Notes under the pieces: model-generated
Told to the model about the DNA's origin: nothing
The model's input: only the letters and a program-made list of their open reading frames with translations
Databases searched by the model: none
In this document: in pieces, positions 19,613-29,463 of the stretch
Layout: each line of letters begins with the position of its first letter
Numbering within the stretch: the stretch's first letter is position 1
Source of the DNA: a virus
Lineage: Duplodnaviria; Caudoviricetes
Virus record (IMG/VR): IMGVR_UViG_2724679514_000002
Span: 5,998-69,997 of that record
Direction: 5' to 3' (one strand)
Length of the DNA stretch: 64,000 nucleotides
Translations under genes and position numbers: made by a program

Positions 19613-19914
19613 ACTCTCTCTTTTAATTTTTCAAGATCTGCAATTCTTTCTTTTTTAATTGCTTCGCCAAGCGACCTCGCACGACCTTCTGGCCACGATT
19701 CGATTTGCCATTTTTCTAGGAACGATTTGTAACTATTAGATTTTACAGAATCAATTTCTAATTGTATATCTAATTTCTTTTTGAATCTGTCCAAACGATC
19801 AGATAGAAAAGAATCCGCATACATTAATGCGAGTTTCTCTTCTGGTTCAATATCATCTAGATTATTCCACTCTTTCGGCAACATCCGATAATTTAGGAGT
19901 AGATACAGATCCAA
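19609..19914 (-). CDS. tail assembly chaperone C-terminal frame (probably made by frameshift)
   Basis: Overlaps upstream chaperone; frame is open back to the A9 run at 19968-19976. Confidence 0.6.
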   Translation of the reverse strand: MDLYLLLNYRMLPKEWNNLDDIEPEEKLALMYADSFLSDRLDRFKKKLDIQLEIDSVKSNSYKSFLEKWQIESWPEGRARSLGEAIKKERIADLEKLKERV

Positions 19915-20290
19915 AAGGAAGGTTTGATTCGACTGAATCAGTTTTTTTAGATAATGGGGATCGGTTATTTTTTTTTAACTCATCCTCATAGGACTTTTCA
20001 AAAGTTTTGTATTTATTCCAAATCTTCAAAATTACCTGATCGGGAAGATCACCAAAATCTATACCGTCCAATTCTTTCGGTTTGGTTGTTAAAATTTTAT
20101 TAAAAGTCACACAAATTAATTCAATAGCATACGCATCTGACGAAATAGAACCAAGTGGGACAAAATTCAGCCTTTGAGCGACTTCGATTTCAATATCTCG
20201 TTTTTCACTTCTACGGGGAAAATTCCCTGCAAAAATGTGTCCTTCTAATTCAAATGAAAAACTTCTTTCTACTCCCGGAAATAAACCCAT
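19862..20290 (-). CDS. tail assembly chaperone
   Basis: Between tail tube and tape measure genes. Confidence 0.65.
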   Translation of the reverse strand: MGLFPGVERSFSFELEGHIFAGNFPRRSEKRDIEIEVAQRLNFVPLGSISSDAYAIELICVTFNKILTTKPKELDGIDFGDLPDQVILKIWNKYKTFEKSYEDELKKNNRSPLSKKTDSVESNLPFGSVSTPKLSDVAERVE

Positions 20291-20739
20291 CAGTTATAAG
20301 CCTCTTTTTTTTGGATGCGAAGAATTTTCATGGAAATATTAGAAGCACTTGGAGTATCCGTATTAACACCTGTTCTTCTTGAATCTAATTTACATATAGC
20401 ACGTAAAATTCTGCGGTCTGTGCCTTTTTCTCTAAATTCAAGAAGATTCCCTCTATGAGTAATAATATTCGAAAGATCTGGTAATGTTTTCACTGTACCA
20501 GGGTCCTTATCATCAGTTATAATAAATATCTTACCAGCTAAATCCCCTTCAAAACGCATTGGTTTAATTGCTACTGGAAAATATTGACCTACCACATAAA
20601 TTGGAGTTTGATTATAATTCTCATTTAATTCAATTTCATTAATATACGCGACAACATTTCCATCAATATAAACTTCCGCGTTAGAGCCGACAAGTATTGA
20701 TGGATCAGGAAGATCTTCCGGGAGTTGTGGGTCAGCCAT
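20290..20739 (-). CDS. tail tube protein
   Basis: 149 aa, directly after sheath; beta-rich, NENYNQTPIYVVGQYFP. Confidence 0.75.
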   Translation of the reverse strand: MADPQLPEDLPDPSILVGSNAEVYIDGNVVAYINEIELNENYNQTPIYVVGQYFPVAIKPMRFEGDLAGKIFIITDDKDPGTVKTLPDLSNIITHRGNLLEFREKGTDRRILRAICKLDSRRTGVNTDTPSASNISMKILRIQKKEAYN

Positions 20740-20740
20740 G

Positions 20741-22540
20741 TTATACCTTACCTCTCAATGGTTTTAAAGAAAGAATATAGAAAATGAAATTCAAAGGAGT
20801 TGTAACGTTACCTTCTAAATCCAAGAAAGACCAAGTGTCCCCATTGACTTGAATGGAGAAATTTTTCTTATATGCTTCTACGCCGAGAGACGCAGAACCA
20901 AGTAAATATCCTTGTTGAACAAAATACTCAAGTTTACCTTCGATATAGTTGAGAACATCCGGAACGCGAACTCCAGAAACTGGAGAAGAATCATCGACCA
21001 TGCTTTGACCGATAAATTTCGCATTAAAGCCAACTCTAAGTTCACGCACCATGGTTAACGCAGTTGCAACTGAAGACTTTTCATTTAAGATCAAATCATC
21101 TCTTCGCTCGGTTGTGACAGATCTGGAGATTGCCCATGAATTGTCTGAAGGTTTTTGATCTAGAATTAAAGCACCAGCCTTGATACAAGAATCCCTGACA
21201 GCCGTATCTCTAGAGATATATTCTGCACTTTTAAGTATATTGAGCGATTTCCAAGTTGGAGAAATTCTTGGAGAGTTAGCAGCGGAAATTGCATTATCTA
21301 TTACGGAAAGATAATATCCAGGAAGCGTTTGCTCTATTCCATTTATATCAAAATCCCTAAACGATTCTAAACCATACGTCATCCAATATGTACCAAGCGT
21401 TCTAGCTTCGTCTAGTCTTTGTGATACAGGCAAAACACCATCCGCACCACAACCACCAATTGTTTCTGATCCGATTTCCGGTGAAATCATATCAAAACAA
21501 ACTTGTTTAAAATAAATTTTATCAGAAAGGGTAGAGGAAAGAATATTGCGATATAAACCAGAGACTTTTTTAGAAAAGGTGATTGCATCTTTTAGATCAG
21601 ATGTTGATGGCACACCAGCAAGTCCACCCTGAGTAAAATACTTAAACATAGTTGAACCAGCGAATGGCTTACGAACAGGACCCAAAACAACTTCACCGAG
21701 ACCAGTACCCTCGATAAAATTTTGTTCCATAAATAAATCCGCATAAATTGAAACACTTGTTGGCGCTTTTACTGAAATCGCTTCGGAAGTTTCGATATGA
21801 TCAAGATTTGCAGCCAAGAATTCTGGGGATTCAAAAAGGGTAGCAACGTAACCAACTTGTGAATTGATTTGATCTACTATTTCGCCGATTGTAGGATAGT
21901 CAGAAAAACTGATTACGATTGATTGAGAATTATCTGTAGCACCGGCTAATGTTATTTTTAGATTTAAAGCATCGATTTCTAAAAGTGCAGAAGTGCCGTT
22001 ACCTATATAAGAAATTGTGAAAGCTATCTTCTCTAATTTCCTTGACGTTTGAATGTTTTTATCATCACCGATTTGGATTATTTTTTCTATAGAGTTTTTA
22101 AAGAATCGGATCTTTTTACCATTGGGCCCAGGAATTGGATAAGAGATCCTATGAGTTTGGCTAATTTTTAAGCTAGTGAAGTCATTAAACGCTTTTGTAT
22201 TAGGACATATATTTATAAATTTAATAAGTTGCGGACCTTGTGCAAGACTATCATCACTAGACGGAAAAGAAGCGAGTTTGATAGCTTGTAGCAACTCGCC
22301 GCTTCCTAAAATACTCTTTGCTTGATTGTAACCGCTTACTCCGCCGGAAACAGTATAGAATCGCTGTTCATCTCTTAGAGATGAATCATTAAAATAAACT
22401 CCATTTGCAGCTTTACCAATTAGCACCAAAGTGAATTTATCTGCACCTGCACCTGGATTAGCACCAATGCTTTGAAACTTCCCTCGAGCACCTGGGGCTA
22501 CGTATGCTCTACCTTGAAATTCACTTCCTGAGGTACCCAT
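20741..22540 (-). CDS. tail sheath protein
   Basis: 599 aa; FQGRAYVAPG N-terminus, AKSILGSGELLQAI, SPTWKSL, RSVTT, TPLNFIF. Confidence 0.85.
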   Translation of the reverse strand: MGTSGSEFQGRAYVAPGARGKFQSIGANPGAGADKFTLVLIGKAANGVYFNDSSLRDEQRFYTVSGGVSGYNQAKSILGSGELLQAIKLASFPSSDDSLAQGPQLIKFINICPNTKAFNDFTSLKISQTHRISYPIPGPNGKKIRFFKNSIEKIIQIGDDKNIQTSRKLEKIAFTISYIGNGTSALLEIDALNLKITLAGATDNSQSIVISFSDYPTIGEIVDQINSQVGYVATLFESPEFLAANLDHIETSEAISVKAPTSVSIYADLFMEQNFIEGTGLGEVVLGPVRKPFAGSTMFKYFTQGGLAGVPSTSDLKDAITFSKKVSGLYRNILSSTLSDKIYFKQVCFDMISPEIGSETIGGCGADGVLPVSQRLDEARTLGTYWMTYGLESFRDFDINGIEQTLPGYYLSVIDNAISAANSPRISPTWKSLNILKSAEYISRDTAVRDSCIKAGALILDQKPSDNSWAISRSVTTERRDDLILNEKSSVATALTMVRELRVGFNAKFIGQSMVDDSSPVSGVRVPDVLNYIEGKLEYFVQQGYLLGSASLGVEAYKKNFSIQVNGDTWSFLDLEGNVTTPLNFIFYILSLKPLRGKV

Positions 22541-22809
22541 TATTTAGCCCCACCTTTAATTTCTTCAGTAGCCGTATTTCTTATATCTCCCTTTGGCTCT
22601 TGACCATGAAAAAAAAGATCATAAGCTTGTTTCACATCGTATTCATTTTTTAACTCATTAAATTTCCTAAAATTTAATGCGCAAAAAGCCCGAAAAGTTT
22701 GCGCCATTGAGTATCGAGAAAGCTCACTTGTTTCAGAGATAAACTTTTCTAAACAACTTTGTGCATTTCCTGAAGGAATAGAAGTGGAAGATTTCTCATT
22801 GCCAGCCAT
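22540..22809 (-). CDS. hypothetical protein (start revised to ATG 22809)
   Basis: ATG lies 9 nt after the late motif. Confidence 0.6.
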   Translation of the reverse strand: MAGNEKSSTSIPSGNAQSCLEKFISETSELSRYSMAQTFRAFCALNFRKFNELKNEYDVKQAYDLFFHGQEPKGDIRNTATEEIKGGAK

Positions 22810-22818
22810 AGAACTGGG

Positions 22819-22848
22819 GACAAAAGAAGAGTTATAAAAAAAAATCAA
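22819..22848 (-). promoter_or_regulatory. putative late promoter TTGATT-N19-TTGTC
   Basis: Shared motif upstream of the sheath/tube genes. Confidence 0.7.
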
Positions 22849-23622
22849 TCAGATTTTTTTTGGATCATGAGAATAATTTTTTATTTTCCCATGTAGTGCT
22901 TGGAATTTGATTCCATCTTGAAACGTTGATTCCGTTACATCTCTATCGAAGAAAACATGTGCTTTAGAAATGAATGGTTCTTTGCTAAATTTATAAACTC
23001 GAACCAATTGTGAGATGATGATCGAAAATTCAAAACCCCAACAGCCACGCATAATCTCAGGTGCCTCAATATTTGCTTGAAGTCTCCCATCGATACGAGC
23101 AGAAACCCGATAATTCTTATAAATGCGTGCAAATAAAAAAGGGAGTAGGGCAGTTACTATTCTGTAAAGATCGTTACTGATACGCCTCCCCAAAATTCCG
23201 CCGCCCCCCCATCCGGTAATCATAACATTTGAGTCAACGCGCGTTGTGTAATATTCTACTGTCCGGAAATTCCCATTAAGAACTTTATCAAATTGTTTGA
23301 AATCAGGGTTTTCAAACTGTGAATTATGACGATCTCTATAAAACTGTAATTTACGTTTTATTTGATCATTATAATCAGAATACTGAAGGCTCATTCCTAG
23401 CTCTGTTGAAATATCATCATTCTGAAATTCAACTCCAATCTTTGGAAAAAAACTATTATTGGCATTTTCACCAGAACTTGCATAGGTATATAAAGGATGA
23501 CCATAGGCTACTATGTCTTTGGGCTCAATGGAGCGTTCTTCCAATCCGCTTTCATCCAGTAATTTTGAAAGTTCTTCAATGATTCTTTGTTCCGGATCAC
23601 ATTGATAAAGGCAAAGTATCAT
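22849..23622 (-). CDS. putative tail terminator/completion protein
   Basis: Position between head and sheath genes; FPKIGVE motif. Confidence 0.5.
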   Translation of the reverse strand: MILCLYQCDPEQRIIEELSKLLDESGLEERSIEPKDIVAYGHPLYTYASSGENANNSFFPKIGVEFQNDDISTELGMSLQYSDYNDQIKRKLQFYRDRHNSQFENPDFKQFDKVLNGNFRTVEYYTTRVDSNVMITGWGGGGILGRRISNDLYRIVTALLPFLFARIYKNYRVSARIDGRLQANIEAPEIMRGCWGFEFSIIISQLVRVYKFSKEPFISKAHVFFDRDVTESTFQDGIKFQALHGKIKNYSHDPKKI

Positions 23623-24365
23623 ATTTTTTTCTTCTTTAAATAGGCTTCTTTTAAATCTAAAGTTAATGCTTCTGCTAGGTTTTTTAAGAATTCTGAATTT
23701 CTTAAAATCCTATCCGCTTCTTCTTGCATTCTTTGGACAAATTTTTGTCCTTTAATTTCTGGGTAAGGCTCCCAATTCGAATCTTCCGTTAACACTACCA
23801 TCTTGCTAGCACTGGTGGAGCTTCCACCTCGTTCATTTAACTGCTGAAATTTTACAGTGTTTGAACGTGAATTTCTTTCAACCTTTTCGATCGAATATGA
23901 ATTTCTTTTAACCTTTCCGCCCATTGGAGAAGAAACTTTTGAAGTCGAAAGGATCTTCAATACAGAAGAAGCAGATTCTTTTTCTTTTCCTTTCATTGGT
24001 ATAATCAAAAATTTCTTACCCCTTGCATTAATTCTAACTTTCTTGGAATTAGATAGTAAATAAGAAGCAATATCAAAAGCACGCCTTCCGGTTTCAGCAA
24101 CCTTTTCGAAATTATAAGCAGACTGATTGCTATCATAATAAATTCTAAATCCTAAACCGAATTTTTTTATTTTGATTTGTCCATTTGCTAGATATTGTTG
24201 TCCCCACCAACCTAATCCGCCATTTTTGATGGAAACTTCAGAACGTTTTCCAGCCATAAATTCCCATTTTTCTCGTATTTCAATCGCTACAGAACCAAGT
24301 ACCGCGTAAAAACGAGGAAACATAGCAGGGTTAGATTTTATTTTACTCAAAATAGAATCTAACAT
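23619..24365 (-). CDS. putative neck/tail completion protein
   Basis: VAETGRRAFDI, KKFLIIPM, WEPYPEIKG patterns; basic; synteny. Confidence 0.5.
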   Translation of the reverse strand: MLDSILSKIKSNPAMFPRFYAVLGSVAIEIREKWEFMAGKRSEVSIKNGGLGWWGQQYLANGQIKIKKFGLGFRIYYDSNQSAYNFEKVAETGRRAFDIASYLLSNSKKVRINARGKKFLIIPMKGKEKESASSVLKILSTSKVSSPMGGKVKRNSYSIEKVERNSRSNTVKFQQLNERGGSSTSASKMVVLTEDSNWEPYPEIKGQKFVQRMQEEADRILRNSEFLKNLAEALTLDLKEAYLKKKKI

Positions 24366-26206
24366 CTTTTTGAAAATTTGTTAGAAAGTGCTTCAATTGA
24401 TTTTACACGATTATAATATACCGGAAATTTCTGTAAAAGTTCTGGATAATTCTTAAGGACTTTAACAGGAATTTTTTCTCCTGCTTTCATTGCATTTTCA
24501 ACGAACTCTCTATCTTCTTCTGGAGAAGCATCACTATGTTCTTTGGCTGAAATTAACCTCCAGCCATTCCCTTCTTTTTCGTAAGTATTTCCATCTGAAA
24601 AGGTATGGATGTTGTTTGGATTATCTGATTCAGAACCTTTTATGAATTGATAAGTAAAAATTGGTCTTGTTTCAAAAGATTTTGCATAAGCCAAATCATG
24701 TGGTGCAAAAAGAAATTCGCTTCCCGATGGAAGTTTTATTTTGATCATATTATCAACCTTACCCAAAACCTCAGCGATATGACCTCGATTGATTTTACCA
24801 TTATTTGGTCGTTCAACTCTAACAATATCTCCAGGAATAGCGTATTTCACATCGTTTATTTGTGCACGTTTTTCTGGAGGAGTTCTAGCGATTCTTTCCC
24901 TATTCCTCTCTTTTGCTTTTTGTTCAAATTCTTTCCAGCGTCCAAGAACTTCGACGGCTTTTTGTTCGTGTGTAACTGCATGAGACTTAGAACTTCCAGA
25001 GGAAGTCTGAACTTTTCCAGTTGGCTTGAAGTTCTGAGAAGATTCTTTCCCTTTTCCTACTGACTTCCAATCACCACTCGAAGTTTTTTCATGTTGAAGG
25101 CCATCATTCCAAGTTCTTCTTTCTCCAACTTGTGCAGCTTGTGATTTGTGAAAAAAAGCTTCTACTTTTTTTCTCGTATCTGAATTATTAAGCCAACAAA
25201 TAAATTGATTGATAGTCATAGAGACATGATCTCCATATCCTTTCCAACCTTTTTCATAACAAGAATTGTATCCGACTATTGCTTCATATTCTGAATCAAA
25301 TCCGAGCATAACTTTGTGTTCATCAAACTTACTTGTATTTGGGTCAATTTGATTGATTACAAAAACGATTTCAGATTTTGGATTCGGTCCTATAAAAACA
25401 TCCACATGATCTCCATCATTTCCAGTCGAACCCTTTATATATCCATAATGGTGATTCATTTTAGTTTCCCAAGATTTACCATCCGAGTCGATTCCTTTTC
25501 GACTGGTTCCGGCTGGATTCTCAATTGTAATGGGAAGATTGTGAATCTTGATATGTTTTTTTTTATAATTGCCAGCTTTCTTTTGTGCTTCAGTGGGACT
25601 TGAGTTTACATCTTCCTTACTTATTTTTAAGGAAGATGACTTTTTGTATTCTTTCGCATCTACCCATGATGCGAAATTCTGAATTTCTTCTGTCTCTGGA
25701 AAGATCCCTTGAAACTGAATTCCGCGGTCATCCAAATATAAATGTGCAGGAATTTTATCCGCAGAATACTGAAAAAGATTAGAAAATTTACTCATTTTTG
25801 GAACGCCAAGATTTCGGGCGTATCTTGATTGCCTCCACTCACTTTGATGGGTATCAAAAAAATTTTTTATAGCTTTAATGCCTTTTTCTTCCAAACAACG
25901 GGTAGAATGAATTACTATGTAGAAAAGATTAGAATTTTTGAATAACCAATCAAATGCGCCCTCAACCGGAGGATCCGGTATATTATCGATTCCTTGCCAT
26001 CCGCTCGAATAAGAATGGATAACTCCATCGAAGTCTACACAAATCGTTTTCTTACCTTCAGACTTCTTGTATTTTTTTTTAAAGAATCCTTTAAAATCCT
26101 TTTGAAAACTATTTTTCTTAAACTTAGATAAAGAATCTTTTATTGTAGCAGCACCATTTGTAAGCGCAGCCACATCCGTTATACCCTGAGAGTTTGCGTT
26201 GAACAT
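24359..26206 (-). CDS. multidomain protein: capsid-derived N-terminal peptide, HAD-like phosphatase, inorganic pyrophosphatase-like domain and further modules
   Basis: TICVDFDGVIH...YLDDRG (HAD); PTEAQKKAGNYKK...YGYIKGSTGNDGDHVDVFIG...FDEHKVMLGF (iPPase domain of polyvalent proteins); GAGGA SD. Confidence 0.8.
   Translation of the reverse strand: MFNANSQGITDVAALTNGAATIKDSLSKFKKNSFQKDFKGFFKKKYKKSEGKKTICVDFDGVIHSYSSGWQGIDNIPDPPVEGAFDWLFKNSNLFYIVIHSTRCLEEKGIKAIKNFFDTHQSEWRQSRYARNLGVPKMSKFSNLFQYSADKIPAHLYLDDRGIQFQGIFPETEEIQNFASWVDAKEYKKSSSLKISKEDVNSSPTEAQKKAGNYKKKHIKIHNLPITIENPAGTSRKGIDSDGKSWETKMNHHYGYIKGSTGNDGDHVDVFIGPNPKSEIVFVINQIDPNTSKFDEHKVMLGFDSEYEAIVGYNSCYEKGWKGYGDHVSMTINQFICWLNNSDTRKKVEAFFHKSQAAQVGERRTWNDGLQHEKTSSGDWKSVGKGKESSQNFKPTGKVQTSSGSSKSHAVTHEQKAVEVLGRWKEFEQKAKERNRERIARTPPEKRAQINDVKYAIPGDIVRVERPNNGKINRGHIAEVLGKVDNMIKIKLPSGSEFLFAPHDLAYAKSFETRPIFTYQFIKGSESDNPNNIHTFSDGNTYEKEGNGWRLISAKEHSDASPEEDREFVENAMKAGEKIPVKVLKNYPELLQKFPVYYNRVKSIEALSNKFSKRC
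26143..26203 (-). repeat. 61-bp direct repeat of capsid gene segment 27624-27684
   Basis: 56/61 identical by manual alignment. Confidence 0.95.
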
Positions 26207-26216
26207 AAATCCTCAT

Positions 26217-26246
26217 ATAAAAAAGGGCAGAGTAAACTGCCCTTTT
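26217..26246 (-). terminator. intrinsic terminator after the major capsid gene
   Basis: AAAAGGGCAG-tttact-CTGCCCTTTT followed by more T on the - strand. Confidence 0.85.
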
Positions 26247-26271
26247 AAATTCAATTTTTAGAATACCTTCT

Positions 26272-27837
26272 TTACGTCACAGACATCGAAGTTGGTAGAT
26301 TCTTTATAAGGTAAAAGCGGTAGGGTTGTAACACCGCAAGTCCGCCATAAAATTCGACCATACCAGCCAGTTTTCTTTGATAAACCGCATTATTAGGGGC
26401 AAATTTTGTCTGAAGCATCGGTAACATCCGAAGCATCTGGTAAGTTCTTGTTTGGTCTAACGGAGATTGTGCATTAAAATCACCAATTACACCTTCGGTG
26501 CAACCAGGAATCCATTCATTCACATCAGAATAAACTGTTGTCATTCCACCGGATTTCCCAATTCGTTCCGTTAATCTAAAATCACCATTTCCCGGACGAG
26601 TTTCTCTGAATATTTGATAATAATCTGCAACTTCTCCCGATCCAGCAGGTGTTATTGTAAGCACGATGGACCTACCTTTTACCATAACACCTGGAGTAGT
26701 TACTATACTAGAAGCCGCACTTCTACCATATCGATTACATGCTACAATTCTGTAACTGATTGCAGAATCAGAATTAGATGAATCTTTGATGTCAGCTGGC
26801 TTCCATTTGGATCCAAAAATAGAACCTCCTGAAATAACCGCAGTTGCAGTTGGCTGATCTGGAGCCTTTGCGTGCGTTTTTCCGGGAATCTCTATATTAT
26901 TTGCATCTTTGTAAGTAGGAAGTGGAACAAGGTGCCTGCTCATCCAAAGATCTGTTTTGAAATCCAATTTACTGTTACGCAATGGTGCTCCAATCAAACC
27001 TGGAATGTCGTAACCGATAGTAGGGTTTCCGTTGGAAGGCTGTGCAATAAATTCCTTAGCACCTACATAATAATTGTCTAATACGTTCTTGACGGAATCA
27101 TGTAACCAGAGTTCGTTTACGAAACCAAAATGTGTTCGAATGTTTACAGCCAGTTCTTTGATTATTTTTAAATCTGGAAATCCTCCTTGTGCATCATAAA
27201 CTTGTCCAGCATTTACAAGTTCAGTCACGAAACCGTCGAATTCAAGTCCATTGATCCCTTTGTTCCCATACCAAGTTGCATAGGCAAGGGTTTTCATGAT
27301 TCTGTTAATTGCACCCTGAATCTGAATGTTTTCAGGATCATACGAACCACCACTACGATCAGACATGTCTAAGACTTTAGAAACGGCATAACCTTCTGCA
27401 AGGTACGATACAACTTTTGAAATTCGATCAATCGTTACATCCTTAAATTCCGCATCATCCGACTCACCAACGAACGAAAAATCTCCGTTTCCACCCCAAT
27501 CCAAAATTCTTGCATAAACATTCAGAGTAGATTTCGTATCCTTGTAATGCATCGTATTTAAGAAATTGTATTCATTGCTGTTTTGAGCAAATAGCACCAT
27601 TTCTTCGTCTAGAGAGTGTATGGTTGTAGCAGCGCCATTTGTAAGCGCGGTCACATCCGTTATACCTTGAGAGTTTGCGTTAAAAGTTTTAGCAAAAGCG
27701 GTTAATTGTTTGAGGTCTGTAAATGTTGCTGGAACTAATCCAAGCACAACGTTAGAAGGATCTCCAAAACCTAGAAGATTCCCAGCCACCAAAAAAGTAA
27801 ACGAAGCTAAAACTAGCCAAAAATTTTTAAGTATCAT
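26272..27837 (-). CDS. major capsid protein (Herelleviridae/A511-like family)
   Basis: KTFNANSQGIT...SLDEEM and IMKTLAYATWYG...GLEFDG...VYDAQG resemble A511/K-type capsid proteins (recalled); follows protease and scaffold genes. Confidence 0.8.
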   Translation of the reverse strand: MILKNFWLVLASFTFLVAGNLLGFGDPSNVVLGLVPATFTDLKQLTAFAKTFNANSQGITDVTALTNGAATTIHSLDEEMVLFAQNSNEYNFLNTMHYKDTKSTLNVYARILDWGGNGDFSFVGESDDAEFKDVTIDRISKVVSYLAEGYAVSKVLDMSDRSGGSYDPENIQIQGAINRIMKTLAYATWYGNKGINGLEFDGFVTELVNAGQVYDAQGGFPDLKIIKELAVNIRTHFGFVNELWLHDSVKNVLDNYYVGAKEFIAQPSNGNPTIGYDIPGLIGAPLRNSKLDFKTDLWMSRHLVPLPTYKDANNIEIPGKTHAKAPDQPTATAVISGGSIFGSKWKPADIKDSSNSDSAISYRIVACNRYGRSAASSIVTTPGVMVKGRSIVLTITPAGSGEVADYYQIFRETRPGNGDFRLTERIGKSGGMTTVYSDVNEWIPGCTEGVIGDFNAQSPLDQTRTYQMLRMLPMLQTKFAPNNAVYQRKLAGMVEFYGGLAVLQPYRFYLIKNLPTSMSVT

Positions 27838-27840
27838 CTT

Positions 27841-28563
27841 CTAGTTCCCTCCTTGTGAAGATTTTAAAAATAATTTTGCAGGTTCTGTGAGAATTCCTTG
27901 AGACTTGTAAGTCTGAAGATCACTGATACCAAGAACTTTATCCTGAGCACCCTTGAAGAGAAGTTTTATGATCTGTTCTCGAGAACCGAGTTGGTTCTCA
28001 GGAATCTGGTCACCCGTAGTTATAGAATGCTTTCCATCCTTAGGCAATCCACCAAGGTTTTTAATTTCTGATTTTAGAAACTCTATTTCGGTTTTGAAAC
28101 CAGAGATTTGTTTTTCGGAAGTTTCATTATCTTTAATTAAAAGCGCTAGTACTGCACCGTATTCTTTGTCTCTTTTGGATATAGAGTTTAAAGACTTACT
28201 GAAGGATTTCAATTCTGTCCTAAGTTTTAAAGAAGCAAAGCCTCCTTTCTCCATTGCCTTATCGGGCTCGGTATCAGTTGGCTTGCCTTCATCAACGATT
28301 TCTTTGATCGTATCCCAAACAGTTTGAGAATCTTCATCCCCAAGACCATTCGCTTTGCACCATTGTTTTATGGCTGATTCCTCGACCTTGACCTCGCCTT
28401 TTTCAATCGCTGATTGAAGTTTTGAAATAAGCTCGTCAGTGATCGCGGATTCCGAATCATCATCGTCTTCATCTGATTCGCCCTCGTCTGGTGGTGGAGG
28501 GGCGTCCGATTTCATAAACGGACTCAAAAAACCTTCCTTCCATTGTTTGAATTTATCTTTCAT
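27841..28563 (-). CDS. putative scaffold protein
   Basis: Acidic, coiled-coil-like; between protease and capsid genes. Confidence 0.6.
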   Translation of the reverse strand: MKDKFKQWKEGFLSPFMKSDAPPPPDEGESDEDDDDSESAITDELISKLQSAIEKGEVKVEESAIKQWCKANGLGDEDSQTVWDTIKEIVDEGKPTDTEPDKAMEKGGFASLKLRTELKSFSKSLNSISKRDKEYGAVLALLIKDNETSEKQISGFKTEIEFLKSEIKNLGGLPKDGKHSITTGDQIPENQLGSREQIIKLLFKGAQDKVLGISDLQTYKSQGILTEPAKLFLKSSQGGN

Positions 28564-28581
28564 TTATTACTCTCCTTATAA

Positions 28582-29463
28582 TTAACCTTTTTGGCATAAA
28601 TGAACTAAAAGTTTAAGAGCTTGGTCGTTCGATTCTTCTACACTAAGTCCGAATCTCATCATGAAATTTCGAATTTCTTCATAATCCGGTTTTAAGATCC
28701 CAGCTTCCATATATTTGATAAGTGAATCAGAAACGTAATCTCTATATCCCCATGACTGAAGAATGTATTTTAAAATTGCTTCATTGGTATTTTCAGGGAT
28801 AGGCGGAAGTGTTTCGATTTTATCAACAACAATTTCGCTCGGAGACGAAATGATTCCGGTGAGACCTGAATTGAATGTTTGCCCAAGAACTGATTTCATT
28901 AAAACCATTTGTGTATTTGGATTTATAGCTTCGCCAGGCGGACAGATGGCGATGTGACTAATTCTTGCGCGATCATAAGTGTTTGGGCCGTATTTAGAAA
29001 TTGTTTCTGGTCTTGGTGCATAAAAACCGCCCGCAGCAGAAGTTTCTAACCCTGTGAACCCATCCTCCAACAAGGGAATATACGGTTTGATGAAATCGCT
29101 TTCTGAATTAATTCTCGCCTTGCAATAAAGACCATCATTATCCCAAAAATAATCACTAATTGGACGACCAATAACCGCGCTCTGTCTTGCTTTTTCGATT
29201 TCTGCACGATTGATTGGAGAATCTGATTTCGAAAAATTTAATACATAAGAAAGATGATTCCAATCTATATAAGATTTTGTTTTAAAGTATTCCTTATCCT
29301 CCGGATGATCCCAAGCGCATTTTAGAATCATATCGCCCTGTCGATCCCTCGTTTCGCTTGAGATTTTCAAAAGGACGTTAAGCATTTTTCCATCTTTCTC
29401 AATCTCTTGAATTTGTGCCGATTTAAGAAATGGCCGCCCTTGAAATTTATTGAAATCACTCAC
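28582..29463 (-). CDS. prohead protease
   Basis: ISSETRDRQGDMI, YIDWNH, ETSAAG, ISHIAICPPGEAINPNT. Confidence 0.75.
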   Translation of the reverse strand: MSDFNKFQGRPFLKSAQIQEIEKDGKMLNVLLKISSETRDRQGDMILKCAWDHPEDKEYFKTKSYIDWNHLSYVLNFSKSDSPINRAEIEKARQSAVIGRPISDYFWDNDGLYCKARINSESDFIKPYIPLLEDGFTGLETSAAGGFYAPRPETISKYGPNTYDRARISHIAICPPGEAINPNTQMVLMKSVLGQTFNSGLTGIISSPSEIVVDKIETLPPIPENTNEAILKYILQSWGYRDYVSDSLIKYMEAGILKPDYEEIRNFMMRFGLSVEESNDQALKLLVHLCQKG

